The notes under the pieces: generated by a model | The model's database searches: none | What the model was told of the DNA's origin: nothing | The model's input: the letters and a program-made list of their open reading frames with translations, nothing else | Source: Gemmatimonadaceae bacterium | Lineage (GTDB): Bacteria; Gemmatimonadota; Gemmatimonadetes; Gemmatimonadales; Gemmatimonadaceae | Direction: 5' to 3' | Length of the DNA: 64,000 nucleotides | Assembly: GCA_040901985.1 (NCBI GenBank) | Contig: JBBDYC010000008.1 | Span: forward strand, 208,490 to 272,489 | Shown: positions 38,380 through 49,500 of the stretch, one piece after another | How the letters are laid out: each line of letters starts with the position of its first letter | Numbering within the stretch: the stretch's first letter is position 1 | Translations under genes and position numbers: made by a program

Positions 38380-38895
38380 TCAGGGTCCTGGCGGCGGGGT
38401 GAGGGCAGGGTGGCGGTACGCGTAGAGCAAGCCAAGCAGTCCGAACTGGACGAGCGTCCCGGGCGCGAGCATCGGCGTCGCGCCGCGCAGCACCTCGATC
38501 CAGAACTCGAGCCCTGCCGAATCGGGGTTCAACTCCCTTTCGAACTCGAAGTTCCCCCACGAGTGCAGCGCCACGCCGACGGTGCCGGCGACGATCAGCA
38601 GGAGCATCACCACCTGAAAGGCGCGCAGGCTCCGCTTCCGCCCGTCCAGCCAGTGCCAGAGGATGCTGGCGAGCGTAAGGCTGAGGAGGACGAGGGGCGT
38701 CCATTGGAACGGCTCCTCGTAGTGCTCGAGCAACACGAGTTCGACGAGGATCCCGGCCGAGCCGAAGGCGAGCAGGGCCAGGAGACCGCGCCGCAACAGG
38801 GAGAGCGAATCGGCGGACGTCACGGGAGCCCGGGATCGGGGTGGTGTGCGCAACGACGGTGGCTTGAACATATCCCCTTCAGCGGCCAAGTTCAC
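38380..38895 (-). CDS. Hypothetical membrane protein (about 4 TM)
   Basis: ELVLLEH, FE.E..P, GATP.LAPG; hydrophobic helices; start uncertain. Confidence 0.7.
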   Translation of the reverse strand: MNLAAEGDMFKPPSLRTPPRSRAPVTSADSLSLLRRGLLALLAFGSAGILVELVLLEHYEEPFQWTPLVLLSLTLASILWHWLDGRKRSLRAFQVVMLLLIVAGTVGVALHSWGNFEFERELNPDSAGLEFWIEVLRGATPMLAPGTLVQFGLLGLLYAYRHPALTPPPGP

Positions 38896-38945
38896 GTCAC
38901 CCGCAACTCCGCCGCGCAGCGCGCGGCCGCACCCCGGAGGACCCG

Positions 38946-39236
38946 ATGGCCCGTCCGTCCCGGCTGTCCGACGCTGAGGTCACGCGCCGCCTCGCCGCAC
39001 TTCCCGGCTGGACCCGCCGCGGAGACGCGATCACCCGCACGTTCACCTTCGCCGGATTTCCCGACGCGGTCACCTTTGTCACGCGCCTGGTTGCGCCGGC
39101 CGAGGCGCTCGAGCATCACCCCGACGTGGACCTCCGCTACAGCAAGGTGATCGTCAGCCTCTCCACCCACTCCGCCCGCGGGCTGACCGAGCTCGATTTC
39201 GAACTGGCGGCGACGATTGATGCGCTGCAGGCGTGA
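38946..39236 (+). CDS. Pterin-4-alpha-carbinolamine dehydratase
   Basis: AEALEHHPD, THSARGLTELD; GGAGG RBS. Confidence 0.92.
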   Translation: MARPSRLSDAEVTRRLAALPGWTRRGDAITRTFTFAGFPDAVTFVTRLVAPAEALEHHPDVDLRYSKVIVSLSTHSARGLTELDFELAATIDALQA

Positions 39237-39277
39237 GACCTGGGATGGGAGGTGTGCGATGCGCCGCACATCCGACG

Positions 39278-39976
39278 TCAGCTCCGTCGTCCGCCGAGCA
39301 GCCGGAGGATCGCGAGGAACAGGTTCAGGATGTCGAGATAGATTGCGACCGCCGCCTGCACATAGTCGTCCGGGCCGTACTGGTTCCGCAGGCGCCAGGT
39401 GTCATAGACGAGCAGCCCACTGAAGACGAAGACGGTCATCGCCGCGAGCCAGAGCGAGGCGCTCTCGTTCTTGAAAAAGAGGTTGAGCAGTGACGTGGCG
39501 ATGAGGATCCAGAGCCCGACGACGAAGAAGCTGCCGAGCGCGCTGAAGTCACGCTTCGAGATCCACGCGTACCCGGTGAGCACGGTGAACGTCGAGAGCG
39601 TCAGGATCCCCGCCTGCGCGATGAGTTCCGGCTGCGTCGCCGCGAAGAGATAGATGACCGGGCTGATCGCGACGCCCATCGCGAAGGTGAACAGGAGCGC
39701 GAGGCCGAGGTTGGCGGGGAAACTCCTGCGCGCCCGCATCGACAGAAAGAGCGGGATGAAGGCGGCGATCAGCGTCAGGAACGGATGGCGCGCGACCAGC
39801 GCAAGCAGCGCCGGCTGCGTGAAGGTGAAGCCGACGCCGAGCACCGTCAGCACGACACCGGCCAGCACGAGGAGGTAGGTGCGGCGCACGAGCGTGGCGC
39901 GCTCGGCGCCGGTGCGGACGAGGACGCCGCCGGCGGGGATCGAGAGGTGCATCGCACTACGGTCCGGGTGAGTCAC
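39278..39976 (-). CDS. Bax inhibitor-1/YccA family membrane protein
   Basis: RRTY, KRDFS, YDT, IYLDILNLF; about 7 TM. Confidence 0.9.
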   Translation of the reverse strand: MTHPDRSAMHLSIPAGGVLVRTGAERATLVRRTYLLVLAGVVLTVLGVGFTFTQPALLALVARHPFLTLIAAFIPLFLSMRARRSFPANLGLALLFTFAMGVAISPVIYLFAATQPELIAQAGILTLSTFTVLTGYAWISKRDFSALGSFFVVGLWILIATSLLNLFFKNESASLWLAAMTVFVFSGLLVYDTWRLRNQYGPDDYVQAAVAIYLDILNLFLAILRLLGGRRS

Positions 39977-40051
39977 CCCTGGAATATAGGCTGCGGCTCC
40001 CTCCCGGTCACCCGGCAGTCACTCCGGAACTGCGCGATACCCGCGCTACAC

Positions 40052-40879
40052 TCAGCGCGGGTACGACCGCCCCTCGGCGTCGAGTCGCCGGACCCCGGCG
40101 GTGCCGTTGAGCGTCCGGACACGGACCGGTGTGCCGCCGCCGCCCAGCGTCGCCCGGAGCGTGCGACGACTCGTGGGCGACAGCTGGAGACCCGGGAAGT
40201 CGGTGTCCACCGATCCGTTGGTGACGCTCACGTCCACCGTCGCGGCGACGCCCTCCGGCAGGAACGCCCAGGCGTCGCCATTCAGGCTCTTCACGACGAC
40301 CGAGTCGCTCCCGGTGAGCGATGCCATTCGCGCGTCCACGCTCCCGTTGAGGGTCTCGGCGCGCACCGGGCCGCGCGCGGTGACGACGGTGACGTTGCCG
40401 TTGACCGAACGCGCGTTGACCGGCGCGCTCGACGCCGAGGTGATTGACCCGTCCACGCCGACGAGGTCGAGGCGCACGCCGTGCGGGACCGCGACCTGAA
40501 AATGGACCGCCGCGTTGCTGACACCGCGGGCGCGGTCGGAGAACTTGATGTCGGAGTGGTACCGGGCCACCGTGCAGGTCCCGCTCCCCCAGACCGCGCA
40601 GATGAGGATGTCGCTGCCCTCGACTCGGCCACTCAGCGCGAGGCCGCGCATCGGATCCCTGCGGCCGCGCCAGGAGATCGAAGCCCGCACGCGCAGCGTG
40701 TCGTCCGGCGACGGCTCGACGGTGATATTCCCGCGCATCGTCCGGACGTGGACCGTCTGCGTGCTGTCGGCGCCGAGTGCGTAGACGAAGACGTCGTCCC
40801 GGGTCTGCGAGGGGCCGGACTCGTGGTCGCACGCGGTGAAGATCGCGGCGGCGACGAGGACAATCGAGTGGCGCGACAT
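40052..40879 (-). CDS. DUF4097 beta-strand-repeat lipoprotein
   Basis: Lipobox FTAC; SVNG/TLNG repeats; similar to 40938-41741. Confidence 0.8.
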   Translation of the reverse strand: MSRHSIVLVAAAIFTACDHESGPSQTRDDVFVYALGADSTQTVHVRTMRGNITVEPSPDDTLRVRASISWRGRRDPMRGLALSGRVEGSDILICAVWGSGTCTVARYHSDIKFSDRARGVSNAAVHFQVAVPHGVRLDLVGVDGSITSASSAPVNARSVNGNVTVVTARGPVRAETLNGSVDARMASLTGSDSVVVKSLNGDAWAFLPEGVAATVDVSVTNGSVDTDFPGLQLSPTSRRTLRATLGGGGTPVRVRTLNGTAGVRRLDAEGRSYPR

Positions 40880-40937
40880 CGGCGGCTCCAGGGGTGGTCT
40901 TGCCCAATCTACGGAGCCGCCGACTCGCGGGTTTCGC

Positions 40938-41741
40938 CTAGTGCCTCTCCAACCGGATGCTGCCGTTGACCGTCCGGGCCCGCAGCTCGGCGCCGCCGCT
41001 CCCGATGGACGCCCTGATGCGGCGCGGATTGATTGACCCCTCGAGCGTGAGCGGGAACTCCGACGAGATCCGCCCGTTCACGGTTCGCATCTCGACATTG
41101 GCGTTGGTGTTCGCCGGGAGTTCAATCGTGATGCTGCCGTTGACCGTCTCGTACTCGATGTCATCGTTGGCGCTGACCGTCGTGCGGACGGTGATCGAGC
41201 CGTTGACCGTCTCGGCGGAGACCCGCCCGGTGCTGGACCTCGCCTCAACATCACCATTGACCGTCCGCGCGCGCACTGCGCCGGTGGTGCCGGAGATGAT
41301 CAGGTCGCCATTCACGGTGCTTGCGTCCACCATCACGTGCGCCGGCACCCGCACCGTGAAGTCCACCGAGACATCGTTGCCGCGGCGCCAGTTGACGTCG
41401 TTCCCGCCGCGATAGTTGTCCACCTCGCAGCGGCCGCGGTCGTCCCAGAGGGCGCAGATCAGCACGTCCCCGTTGCCGCTCCCCGTCATCCGTGCCTCGA
41501 TGCGCACGTCGTCGGGGTCGCCGCGGCGCCACCGCTTCACGGCCCGGACCTCCACGGTGTTCCCGGTCCCCTGTTCGAAGCGGACCTCGCCATTCACGCT
41601 CCGCAGGTGGACCGTGCGGCCGTTGCCGATCTCGCCGGTCCAGTTCCAGGTGGTGCTCTCCTGCTGTGCGCCGGCCGTCGCGGCGACGGCGGCGAGGGCG
41701 AGGGCGACGAGCGCCGCTCGGGTCACGATGCGATTCTGCAT
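40938..41741 (-). CDS. DUF4097 beta-strand-repeat secreted protein
   Basis: Signal peptide; many TVNG repeats; start MQNR at 41741. Confidence 0.85.
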   Translation of the reverse strand: MQNRIVTRAALVALALAAVAATAGAQQESTTWNWTGEIGNGRTVHLRSVNGEVRFEQGTGNTVEVRAVKRWRRGDPDDVRIEARMTGSGNGDVLICALWDDRGRCEVDNYRGGNDVNWRRGNDVSVDFTVRVPAHVMVDASTVNGDLIISGTTGAVRARTVNGDVEARSSTGRVSAETVNGSITVRTTVSANDDIEYETVNGSITIELPANTNANVEMRTVNGRISSEFPLTLEGSINPRRIRASIGSGGAELRARTVNGSIRLERH

Positions 41742-41745
41742 TCCG

Positions 41746-42672
41746 CTACTCCCGGTTGCCCGTCGCGCCACCGCGACGGATGGTGATGCTGCCACTGAAG
41801 GCGCCGGCGATGACCCGCGCGCCGCCCGATCCAAGGGTGAACTCCATCCGTCGGTTCCGCCGTCCGGTCCCCTCGCCGGGCAGGAGCGTGAGCGGGAAGT
41901 CGGAGCTGATGCGCCCGCTGAACGTCTCGAGCTCAAGTGTGGCGCCGACGTTGGCCGGCAGCGTCAGCACGACGCTGCCGGAATGCGTGTTGATGCGGTA
42001 CGAGCCGGTCGGCGAGAGCGGACCTTCATAGGAGATGCTGCCGCTCACCGCCGACGCCCGGATGCCGTCGAGCTGGCTCCGCCGCAGCGCAATCGTGCCG
42101 CTGACGCTCTCCACGCTCGCATCGCCGCTGGCATTGCTCACGCTGATGTCGCCGCTCACGGTCTCGATCCTCAGCCGGCCGCTGACGTTGCGCACGTCAA
42201 TCTCCCCCGACACGCTCGATGTCTCGATCCGGTCCACGGCGTCGTGCACGGTGATGTCGCCGCTCGTCGTGCGCGCGGTGACCTCGGCTCGCGTGGCCCG
42301 GATGTCAATGCTGCCGGAGACGCTCGTCGCGGTCACCCGCGTGCCGATCGGCACGCTGACCTCGTACCGTCCGGTTCCCATCCGTCCGCCGACCGCGCGC
42401 GCGGTGATGGACGCGCGGCCGGGCGTGAAGCTCCGCTCGAGGCGGCCGCGCTCGAGCGTCGCACTGATGTGGACGTCGGGCCGCTGCGAGCCGACGACGC
42501 GGATCTCGCCGCTGACGAGGCCGAGGTGCACGGCACCGCCGCGGCCGAGGACCACCGTGGTGTCAATGCGGTCGCCGTCGCGCTGGGCGTGCGCCGCGTT
42601 CGGCGCTCCGAGCAGCAGGAGCGCTCCGGCGATGACGATCGTTCCAGGGAAGTGCGGCGTCAGTCGGTCCAT
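41746..42672 (-). CDS. DUF4097 beta-strand-repeat secreted protein
   Basis: Signal peptide; SVSG/TVSG repeats. Confidence 0.85.
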   Translation of the reverse strand: MDRLTPHFPGTIVIAGALLLLGAPNAAHAQRDGDRIDTTVVLGRGGAVHLGLVSGEIRVVGSQRPDVHISATLERGRLERSFTPGRASITARAVGGRMGTGRYEVSVPIGTRVTATSVSGSIDIRATRAEVTARTTSGDITVHDAVDRIETSSVSGEIDVRNVSGRLRIETVSGDISVSNASGDASVESVSGTIALRRSQLDGIRASAVSGSISYEGPLSPTGSYRINTHSGSVVLTLPANVGATLELETFSGRISSDFPLTLLPGEGTGRRNRRMEFTLGSGGARVIAGAFSGSITIRRGGATGNRE

Positions 42673-42675
42673 CGG

Positions 42676-43254
42676 TCAGATCCCGGTCGGGAGCGTCGCC
42701 GCTTCCCGCAGGAGGGTGATCTTGCTGGTGTAGGCGCGCGCGAACTGCGCGGCGAGGAATTGGCTGGATGGATCGGCCGCGAGCGCCTTGCGACTCTCGG
42801 CGATCGCGCGGTCAATCACGCGGAGGTTCGCCTGCAGCACCGCGAGGGTACGCGGGTCGAGGACGTCACGTCGCTCGGCCACGAGGCCCTGGAGGAGCGC
42901 GATCTCCTCGTCCATCGTTGTCACGCTGGCGTCGAACGCGGCCAAGTGGAGCGCCGCCGCCGTCTCGTCGTCCACCGTGGCGGCAAGGCCCGGCGCGCCG
43001 GCGGTCGCCGACGGCGCGCGCGTGGCGATTGTCCAGGTGATCCCGGACGTCACCGCGACGAGGAGCGAGGCGGCGACGAGCAGTCGCAGGCCGTTGTTCC
43101 AGCCGGGGAGGCGCGTCGGCCGCGCGGCGCGCGGCGGCGCCTGGCCAATCCGCGCCGCGATCCCCGGCCAGAGGTCGCGCGACGGCGTCAGCGGCGGGAG
43201 CTGCCTGGCCTCGGCCGCAATCCGTTCGAGTTCGATGTCGTCGTGGTCGGTCAT
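42676..43254 (-). CDS. Putative anti-sigma factor (single TM)
   Basis: P.RDLWPGIAARI, one TM helix, helical C-terminus; start overlaps the sigma stop. Confidence 0.7.
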   Translation of the reverse strand: MTDHDDIELERIAAEARQLPPLTPSRDLWPGIAARIGQAPPRAARPTRLPGWNNGLRLLVAASLLVAVTSGITWTIATRAPSATAGAPGLAATVDDETAAALHLAAFDASVTTMDEEIALLQGLVAERRDVLDPRTLAVLQANLRVIDRAIAESRKALAADPSSQFLAAQFARAYTSKITLLREAATLPTGI

Positions 43255-43823
43255 CGGTCCAGCATCCTCCTCAGGAGCATCCGGGCGCGGTGCAGTTGGG
43301 CCTTGCAGCCCCCGGCGGTCACGCCCAGCATCTCTCCAATCTCCTCGTGAGTGTAGCCCTCGACATCGTGCAGGACAAAGACCCGTCGGGCGCCTGGTGG
43401 CAGGGTGGCGATCGCCTGCTCGAGGTCGAGCGAGAGTCCGGGAACCGGGAGCGCCCTGACCTCCCCCGCCGAAATCGTGTCCATATCGTCAATGCCATCG
43501 TCGTGCCGTGTCCGTCGGCGCCCCTCGGCCTCGCGCTCGTTCAGCACCACGTTCACCGCCAGCCGGTGGAGCCAGGTGCCGAACGCCGCGTCGCCGCGGT
43601 AACTCGCCAGCTTCTCCCACGCCCGGACAAAGACGTCCTGCGTGAGCTCCTCCGCCCGTCCCCGGTCGCCGACCATCCGCACGCAGAGCGAGAAGACCCG
43701 GTCCACGTGCGCGCGGTACACCCGTTCGAAGGCGCGGCCGTCGCCGGCGGCGGCGAGCGCGACATCGTTGGGCGGCGGACCGGATGACCGGCGGGTGGGA
43801 AGGAGTGGCAGGGGCAGGGTCAT
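43251..43823 (-). CDS. ECF (sigma-24) RNA polymerase sigma factor
   Basis: AFERVY, AEELTQDVF, FGTWLHRLAVN, LHDVEGYTHEEI, KAQLHRAR. Confidence 0.93.
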   Translation of the reverse strand: MTLPLPLLPTRRSSGPPPNDVALAAAGDGRAFERVYRAHVDRVFSLCVRMVGDRGRAEELTQDVFVRAWEKLASYRGDAAFGTWLHRLAVNVVLNEREAEGRRRTRHDDGIDDMDTISAGEVRALPVPGLSLDLEQAIATLPPGARRVFVLHDVEGYTHEEIGEMLGVTAGGCKAQLHRARMLLRRMLDR

Positions 43824-43991
43824 TCGGCGCCAGTGCTTCGTACGCCGGATAGGATGGGGCGGGGGGCCAAAGGGTTTGAAGCCGTCCCCAGGCCGGGCTC
43901 CCGCAATCATATTGTTGGCGACACTCCCGACGGGCGCCAGCCGTAGGGGTTTCAGCGATCGGGCCACCAGCGAGGAGCGAGAATGGGTGCG

Positions 43992-44450
43992 ATGGGGATG
44001 GCACAGGGAGGGGGGGCGACGCCGGCGCAGCAGGCGCCGGTAGTCCCGACCGTCCCGCAGAGCCCGGGCGCGGCAACGGGCGCGACGCCGGCGGCCCCTG
44101 CGCCGCCGGCTGCGCCGGCGGCCCCCCCGGGGCAGCCGGGGACCGAGGCGATCGTCGTGCAGCCGCCGCCGTACCGGGTGGGCAACGAGATCCCGGCCGA
44201 GGTGATCCCGATCCTCGGGATTGTGTCGGGGACGCTCATTGCGCTGGTGATCGGCTATCCGATCGTGCGGTTGATCACGCGGCTGATCGAGCGTCGCACG
44301 GATCGGTCGCTCGTGCCGGGCGATCAGGTCGCGCTGCAGCTTCGGCAGCTGCAGGACAGCGTGGATACGATGGCAATCGAGCTCGAGCGGATCAGCGAGG
44401 CGCAGCGGTTCTCGGCGAGGTTGCTGGCGGAGCGGGGCGAGAAGGACTGA
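43992..44450 (+). CDS. Hypothetical membrane protein: Pro/Ala-rich N-terminus, one TM, coiled-coil C-terminus
   Basis: LQDSVDTMAIELERISEAQRF after a TM helix; start may be 43983. Confidence 0.7.
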   Translation: MGMAQGGGATPAQQAPVVPTVPQSPGAATGATPAAPAPPAAPAAPPGQPGTEAIVVQPPPYRVGNEIPAEVIPILGIVSGTLIALVIGYPIVRLITRLIERRTDRSLVPGDQVALQLRQLQDSVDTMAIELERISEAQRFSARLLAERGEKD

Positions 44451-46568
44451 GCAGGAGGAGAGCAACGAGGCGCGGCGGGGCGGACTCCATCGGCACGTGG
44501 GTCGCCCGGTGGTGCTGCGCACCAGGCGAGCACGCGACCAAGCCTGACGCGAAGGCAGCGGGGTCGCGGGTGGTGCGGACCAACTGACGGAGGCGCTGTG
44601 TCGTGCCGGCGCCCGGGCACGCCGCGAGTGAACGGAACGCCTCGTGAAGCTGCGCGGCGAGGACGGCGCGCGCGGCGAGCGGTGCCGCGGCCAGTGCTGC
44701 ATCAACGCGCCGACGCGCCGTCCGCCAGAGCTGATTGTCCGCGCCCCTCGCCGGGCCGACCTCACGATCCGCCTCGCGGCGCCGTCCCCAGGCGATCAGC
44801 GCCCGGCGCGCGCATTGATGCGCCTCGGGGTCCACCGCCCGCTCAGTCCCATCGGCACACTCGAGCATCGTCAGCAGCGCCTTTGGGGCATCGCTGACGC
44901 GGCAGCCACCGCGCCCGCAGCGGCCGGTGACGACTTGGGTCGTCGCGCCGCGTCGGAGCGCGGCAATGAATCCGTCCGCCGTGGCCTCGATCGCAGCGAC
45001 GCGTGCGTTGCACCGGGGTTGCTGCGACCAGCGCCGAAGCCTCGACCCGATGGCCTCGACGACGTCGGTCACCGATATCGCGGCGGTACGGACCGTCTCC
45101 TTCTGGCGGAGACGCGCCTCGAGTCGCAGGATGGCGCGGGCGCCGGCGGGCGCGCGGAACTGCGTGACCAGCACCTCGCGCCCGCCCCAACACGCGCCAG
45201 ACGCCCGAGCCGCTGCTCCAGTCGCGCCGGCGTCCAGGCGCCGTCGCCGTGCACAAGGATTCGCGCGCCCTGCAGCTCGACCCCCTCGGCAAGCAGGTCA
45301 GTGGCGAGGACAAGGCGGATCGCACGCGGATCGTCCGCACTCCACGGTTTGCCGTGCGCTCCGAGGGCGTCGAGCACCTCGGCGCGCCGCCATCGGCCGC
45401 CGGCGGCAAACACGCGCGCACCGGTCAGGGCGACGACGCCCCCGACGTGCCGTAGCGCGCGCCAGAGCGCACGGATGGTCTCGGCGTGGTGGGCGAAGAC
45501 GACCACGCGCTCCCGGTGTCGGGAGTCGAGAATCCGGCGCAACGATGCGGCGCGCGTGGCGGTGTCCGTGGCGACCGCTGGCGCAACGACCGCGCGCAGG
45601 TCGCGCACGGCCACCAGGTGCGCGCGCAGCAGGGTGAGCGCCTCGGCTGGCGGGGCGCGGTCCGTAGGTGCGGCCAGCGCGGGGAATGCGAGCTGAGTGG
45701 CGTCGTCGGCCACGATCCACTGGCGAAGTGACGCGCGATCCGGCCATCGGCCGGCGCCGAGCGCGTCGGCGAGCGCCGCGCCGCGCTGGAGTCGCCGGCG
45801 GAGCGACGCATCGAGGGCGGCGAGACTCGAGCACCACGCCATTGCCAAGGAGATACGGATGAGCGCACGCGCGGCAGCGCCGTCGGCGGCCGGGAACGGC
45901 GGCGGCAACCGGGCGATCGCCGATCCGATCCCGCGGACGTCGGCCGCGCTGGCGAGGGACGCGAGTCGCCGGACCACGGGGAGGTGCGACCGCTCGGCCT
46001 GTCGCCTGATGATCAACTGCGCGAGCGTCGCCGCATCGAGCGCCGCGGCACGCCCGCCGAGGAAGAGCGCGAGGAGCGCGTCACGATCGGCGCGGCGATT
46101 CACCACGGGCGTGGCGGTGAGGAGCAACACCCGCGCTCCACTCGCGAGTCGCGCCGCCTGTTGGTAGCGTAGGGTCCCCGGGGTGCGCAGGTGGTGCGCC
46201 TCGTCAACGATCAGCAGCGGCGCGCGCGTCGGGTCTGCGGTGCGGCTCAACGCCTCGAACGATGTGAAACGGACCCGTGCCCCTGCCCGCGCCGCCGAGC
46301 GCTCCCACTGTGTGCGCAGCACGGCCGGCGCGAGCACGAGAGCGTCGTCGAAACGGCGGGCGATTGCCAGCGCGATGACGGTCTTGCCCGTGCCAGGCGG
46401 GTCGGCGAGCAAGGCGCCGCCCGATCGCTCGAATGCCGTCTCAATCGCGGCGATTGCCTCGCACTGGGCTGGCCGGAGCGTGAATCGCCCCGCGGTGGCG
46501 GCGGACTGCTCACCGAACCAAGCGAGCGCCAGACGGGCGCGGACGGCCGCCGCGGCCCCCAACGTCAC
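44392..46568 (-). CDS. SNF2-like superfamily-2 helicase with an apparent one-base frameshift at about 45185
   Basis: LADPPGTGKT (I), VDEAHH (II), LLTATP (III), LATDLLAEGVELQ (V), RLEQRLGR (VI); continues in the frame of ORF 44392-45174; GTG start overlaps the MTase TGA. Confidence 0.8.
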
Positions 46569-49500
46569 AACGCGTACCACGACAGGAGCGGCGCCAGGTC
46601 GGTATGGCGCACGCCGTACGCGTCGAGCGCCAGTGTGGTCAGCGTCCACGGGTCCGGCACATCTCCCGCTGCCGCAGCGCGCCCGATCGGCGCGAGGAGC
46701 GCGCGCGCCCGCTCCCAGCGCAGCGGCACCGGGAATCGCGCCGTGGTCCAGCCGAGGAAGCGGCGGTATCCGCCACGCGCGGGTTCGGCGATTGCCGCGA
46801 GCCACGCGGCGCCCACGGGTGAATTGAACAGCACCGCCAGCGCGTGCGCATCGTCTTCGGTGCGCGTCCGCACCACGTAGCAGGTGTTCAGCGGCACCGT
46901 CAGGTCGCCGGCGCGGAGTACCAGCGCTCGGGGCGCGCGGCCGATGTCCGCCCAGACGACGCGTGGGCGGTCTGCCCTCGCGGCCTCCGTGCGAAAGAGC
47001 GCCCACCACGGCCCGTGCCGTCCGTCGGTGCGCAGTTCGAGCGCACGCCGCCACCGCACGAGCCAGCGTCGTGTCGCGGGCGGGAGCGCCGCCAGCGGCT
47101 CCCCGAGCGCGCCGTGCGTCCAGATCAAGGCCTCAGACTTCGCGTCGGCGGCGATGCCCCAGGGCTGGACGTGCTCGCCGCGCAGCAGTGGACGCAGCCG
47201 ATCCGTCTCGAGCATCTGGCGAGCCGCCTCCTCGGGCGAGACGATGAACGCGGCATTGCAGCCGCTCTTCACCCCAAGCAGCGGCCGTCCGAGCGCCGAC
47301 GCGGCGAGCGGCACGCCCGCCATCGTCAACAGGTCGAACGCGGCGCGCACTTCCGGGGGGAGAATCAACCACGGGGCACCGACGGTCGCATCAAGCGCGA
47401 GGGCGGATCGCGAGATCTCCCAGGAAAGCGCCTGCTCCCCTCGGTGCACGGTCATCGTGAGTTCGGCGGTGCCGGACGCGCGGCGGGCGATGAGCGCCGA
47501 CGGATAGACCGCGGCCTCGAACCCTGCCGTGGCGCCGCTCCACTCCTCGAGCACCAACGGAGGTGCCTGCCTGGTGAGCAGGGCTCGCACGCCGCCACCG
47601 GCCAATGCGATCCAGAGTTTCGCCGGCAGGAGCAGCGCGACGCACCCGGAGTCCGCGGTGAGACGGACCGCGCGTTCGGTGAAGAGTGCGGCGAGGTCCG
47701 CCTGCCCCGCGAACCCGCGTCCCGCTGCGGCCGCCTCGGCGCCGGCGCGCCAGGCGGCGTCACGGAAGGTCACGAACCGCGCGCGGAGCGCGTCGCGCAT
47801 CTCAGCCGGGATCGCGTGCGTCCGAACCCAAGGCGGGTTGCCAATCACGAGCGAGAAGCCGCCCGCTCGTGCTGCCTCCGGAAAGTGCGTCACGAACGAA
47901 AAGGGGAGGGCGCCGCCGCTGCGCAGGTCGGCAAGCAACGACCGCGCGCGCCGCACGCCAGCCCGGCACGCCTCGAGCGCCGCGCGCGTCGCGTGGTCCA
48001 GCCCTCGCCGTGCCTGAAAGAGATCCGGCGACCGCGCCGCGGCGAGCAGCTCGCGTCGCGACGCACTGAGCTGCGCGACGCGCTGCCCGACCACCTGCAT
48101 CGCACGCTGGCGCTCCTCTCGGTCGAGCGCGCGGGCGAGCGTACGCTTCCGGGCGCCGCTGGCGCGCGAATACCGGAGTCGCAGGCCCTCGACCCGCGCG
48201 TCGCGCACCGGCTCGCCGTCGGCGAACCCGTCCCCGGCCAGCGCATCGCCTTCCCGCACGTTGCGGTCGAGGTTCGGGAGAGGCGTCAGCTCGCGTGGGT
48301 CCTCGACGGTGTCGTCCACCACCACCGAGAGCCAGAGGCGCAGCTGGCAGAGCCAGACGGCGGTCGGGTCGCGGTCCACGCCGAAGATGCTCGACGCGAG
48401 CACCGCACGCCGCCGCGCCGCGACATCGCGCCGATCGCCGGCGGCGCCGTGCAGGGCGGCCAGCTCCTCCAGCGCAAAGACGAGGAAGGCCCCCGATCCG
48501 CAGGCGGGGTCGAGCACGCGAAGTCCGACGAGCGCCGCCCGCAGCGCCGCGCGCACCGCGGGCGTCAGGGTCGCGCCGGCGCGTGCCGCCTCGAGCATTC
48601 CGGCGTCAACGCCCCGCGGCGCGAGCAGGTGATCGAACGCCGATCGGGTGAGCCGCGCGATCAACGGCGGCGGCGTGTAGAACGCGCCCTGCGCGCGCCG
48701 CGTCTCGGCGTGCATCAGCGACTCGAAGGCGCGGCCGAGCATCTCCGGGTCCACCGCCGCGTCCGACCACGCGGCCGACGTCTCGCGCGCCGTGAGTCGG
48801 TAGCGAGCGAGGAGGCCCCCGATCACTTCGCCGAGGGCGTCGTCGGTGAACCGAAGGGAGCGCCAACGGCGCTCGACCGCCGTGCGGGTGAACAGCCCAC
48901 CATTCAGGAACGGCACGCGTCCGAACGCACGCGCTGCCGCCGCGCGGTGCCGGCTGGGCGTGTTCAGCGTGCCGAAGAAGAGCGGCTCGAGGAACCGGCG
49001 GTGCGCGCCGCGTCCGCCCGTGCAGCGCTCGAGATGCGTGCGGAGGAACTCACGCTCGCCGGCCAGCCAGCCGCGCGGTTCGAGAAAGGCCAGGAAGAGC
49101 AGCCGCGAGACGTGCAGCAAGGCGATGGTGCGGCGCTCCCGGTCCGGCGCCCCGCCTTCCGCCGTCTGCGCCAGCACGCCGACGCGCTCCTCGAGTTCGC
49201 GGTAGAACCGGCGCGAGAGGGCATCGCGGCCAAGGGTCTCGCGCCACCGTCGGTGAATCATCAGGTCCAGCGTCTCGCCGCACCCCGCCAGCGCGGCGAA
49301 CGTCTCGGCGTCGCTCTCGCGCACGGCGGCGGGATCCACCTCGAGTGCGGCGATCGGAGCGCCGCCGCCCGGCGCCGGCGCGGCGATGATCAATTCCCCG
49401 CGCGCGGCCCTCCGCGCAACGAGGAGCCAGAGCAACTCGGGCGCCTCGCGCGTAAGTTCCCGACAGACCGCCGCCGCCCGCTCCCGGGCCGCCTGGCCTC

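Noticed and set aside
43840..43885. Possible autoregulated ECF promoter (CAAACC-like -35) upstream of the sigma gene
   Set aside because: No second copy found to support a consensus
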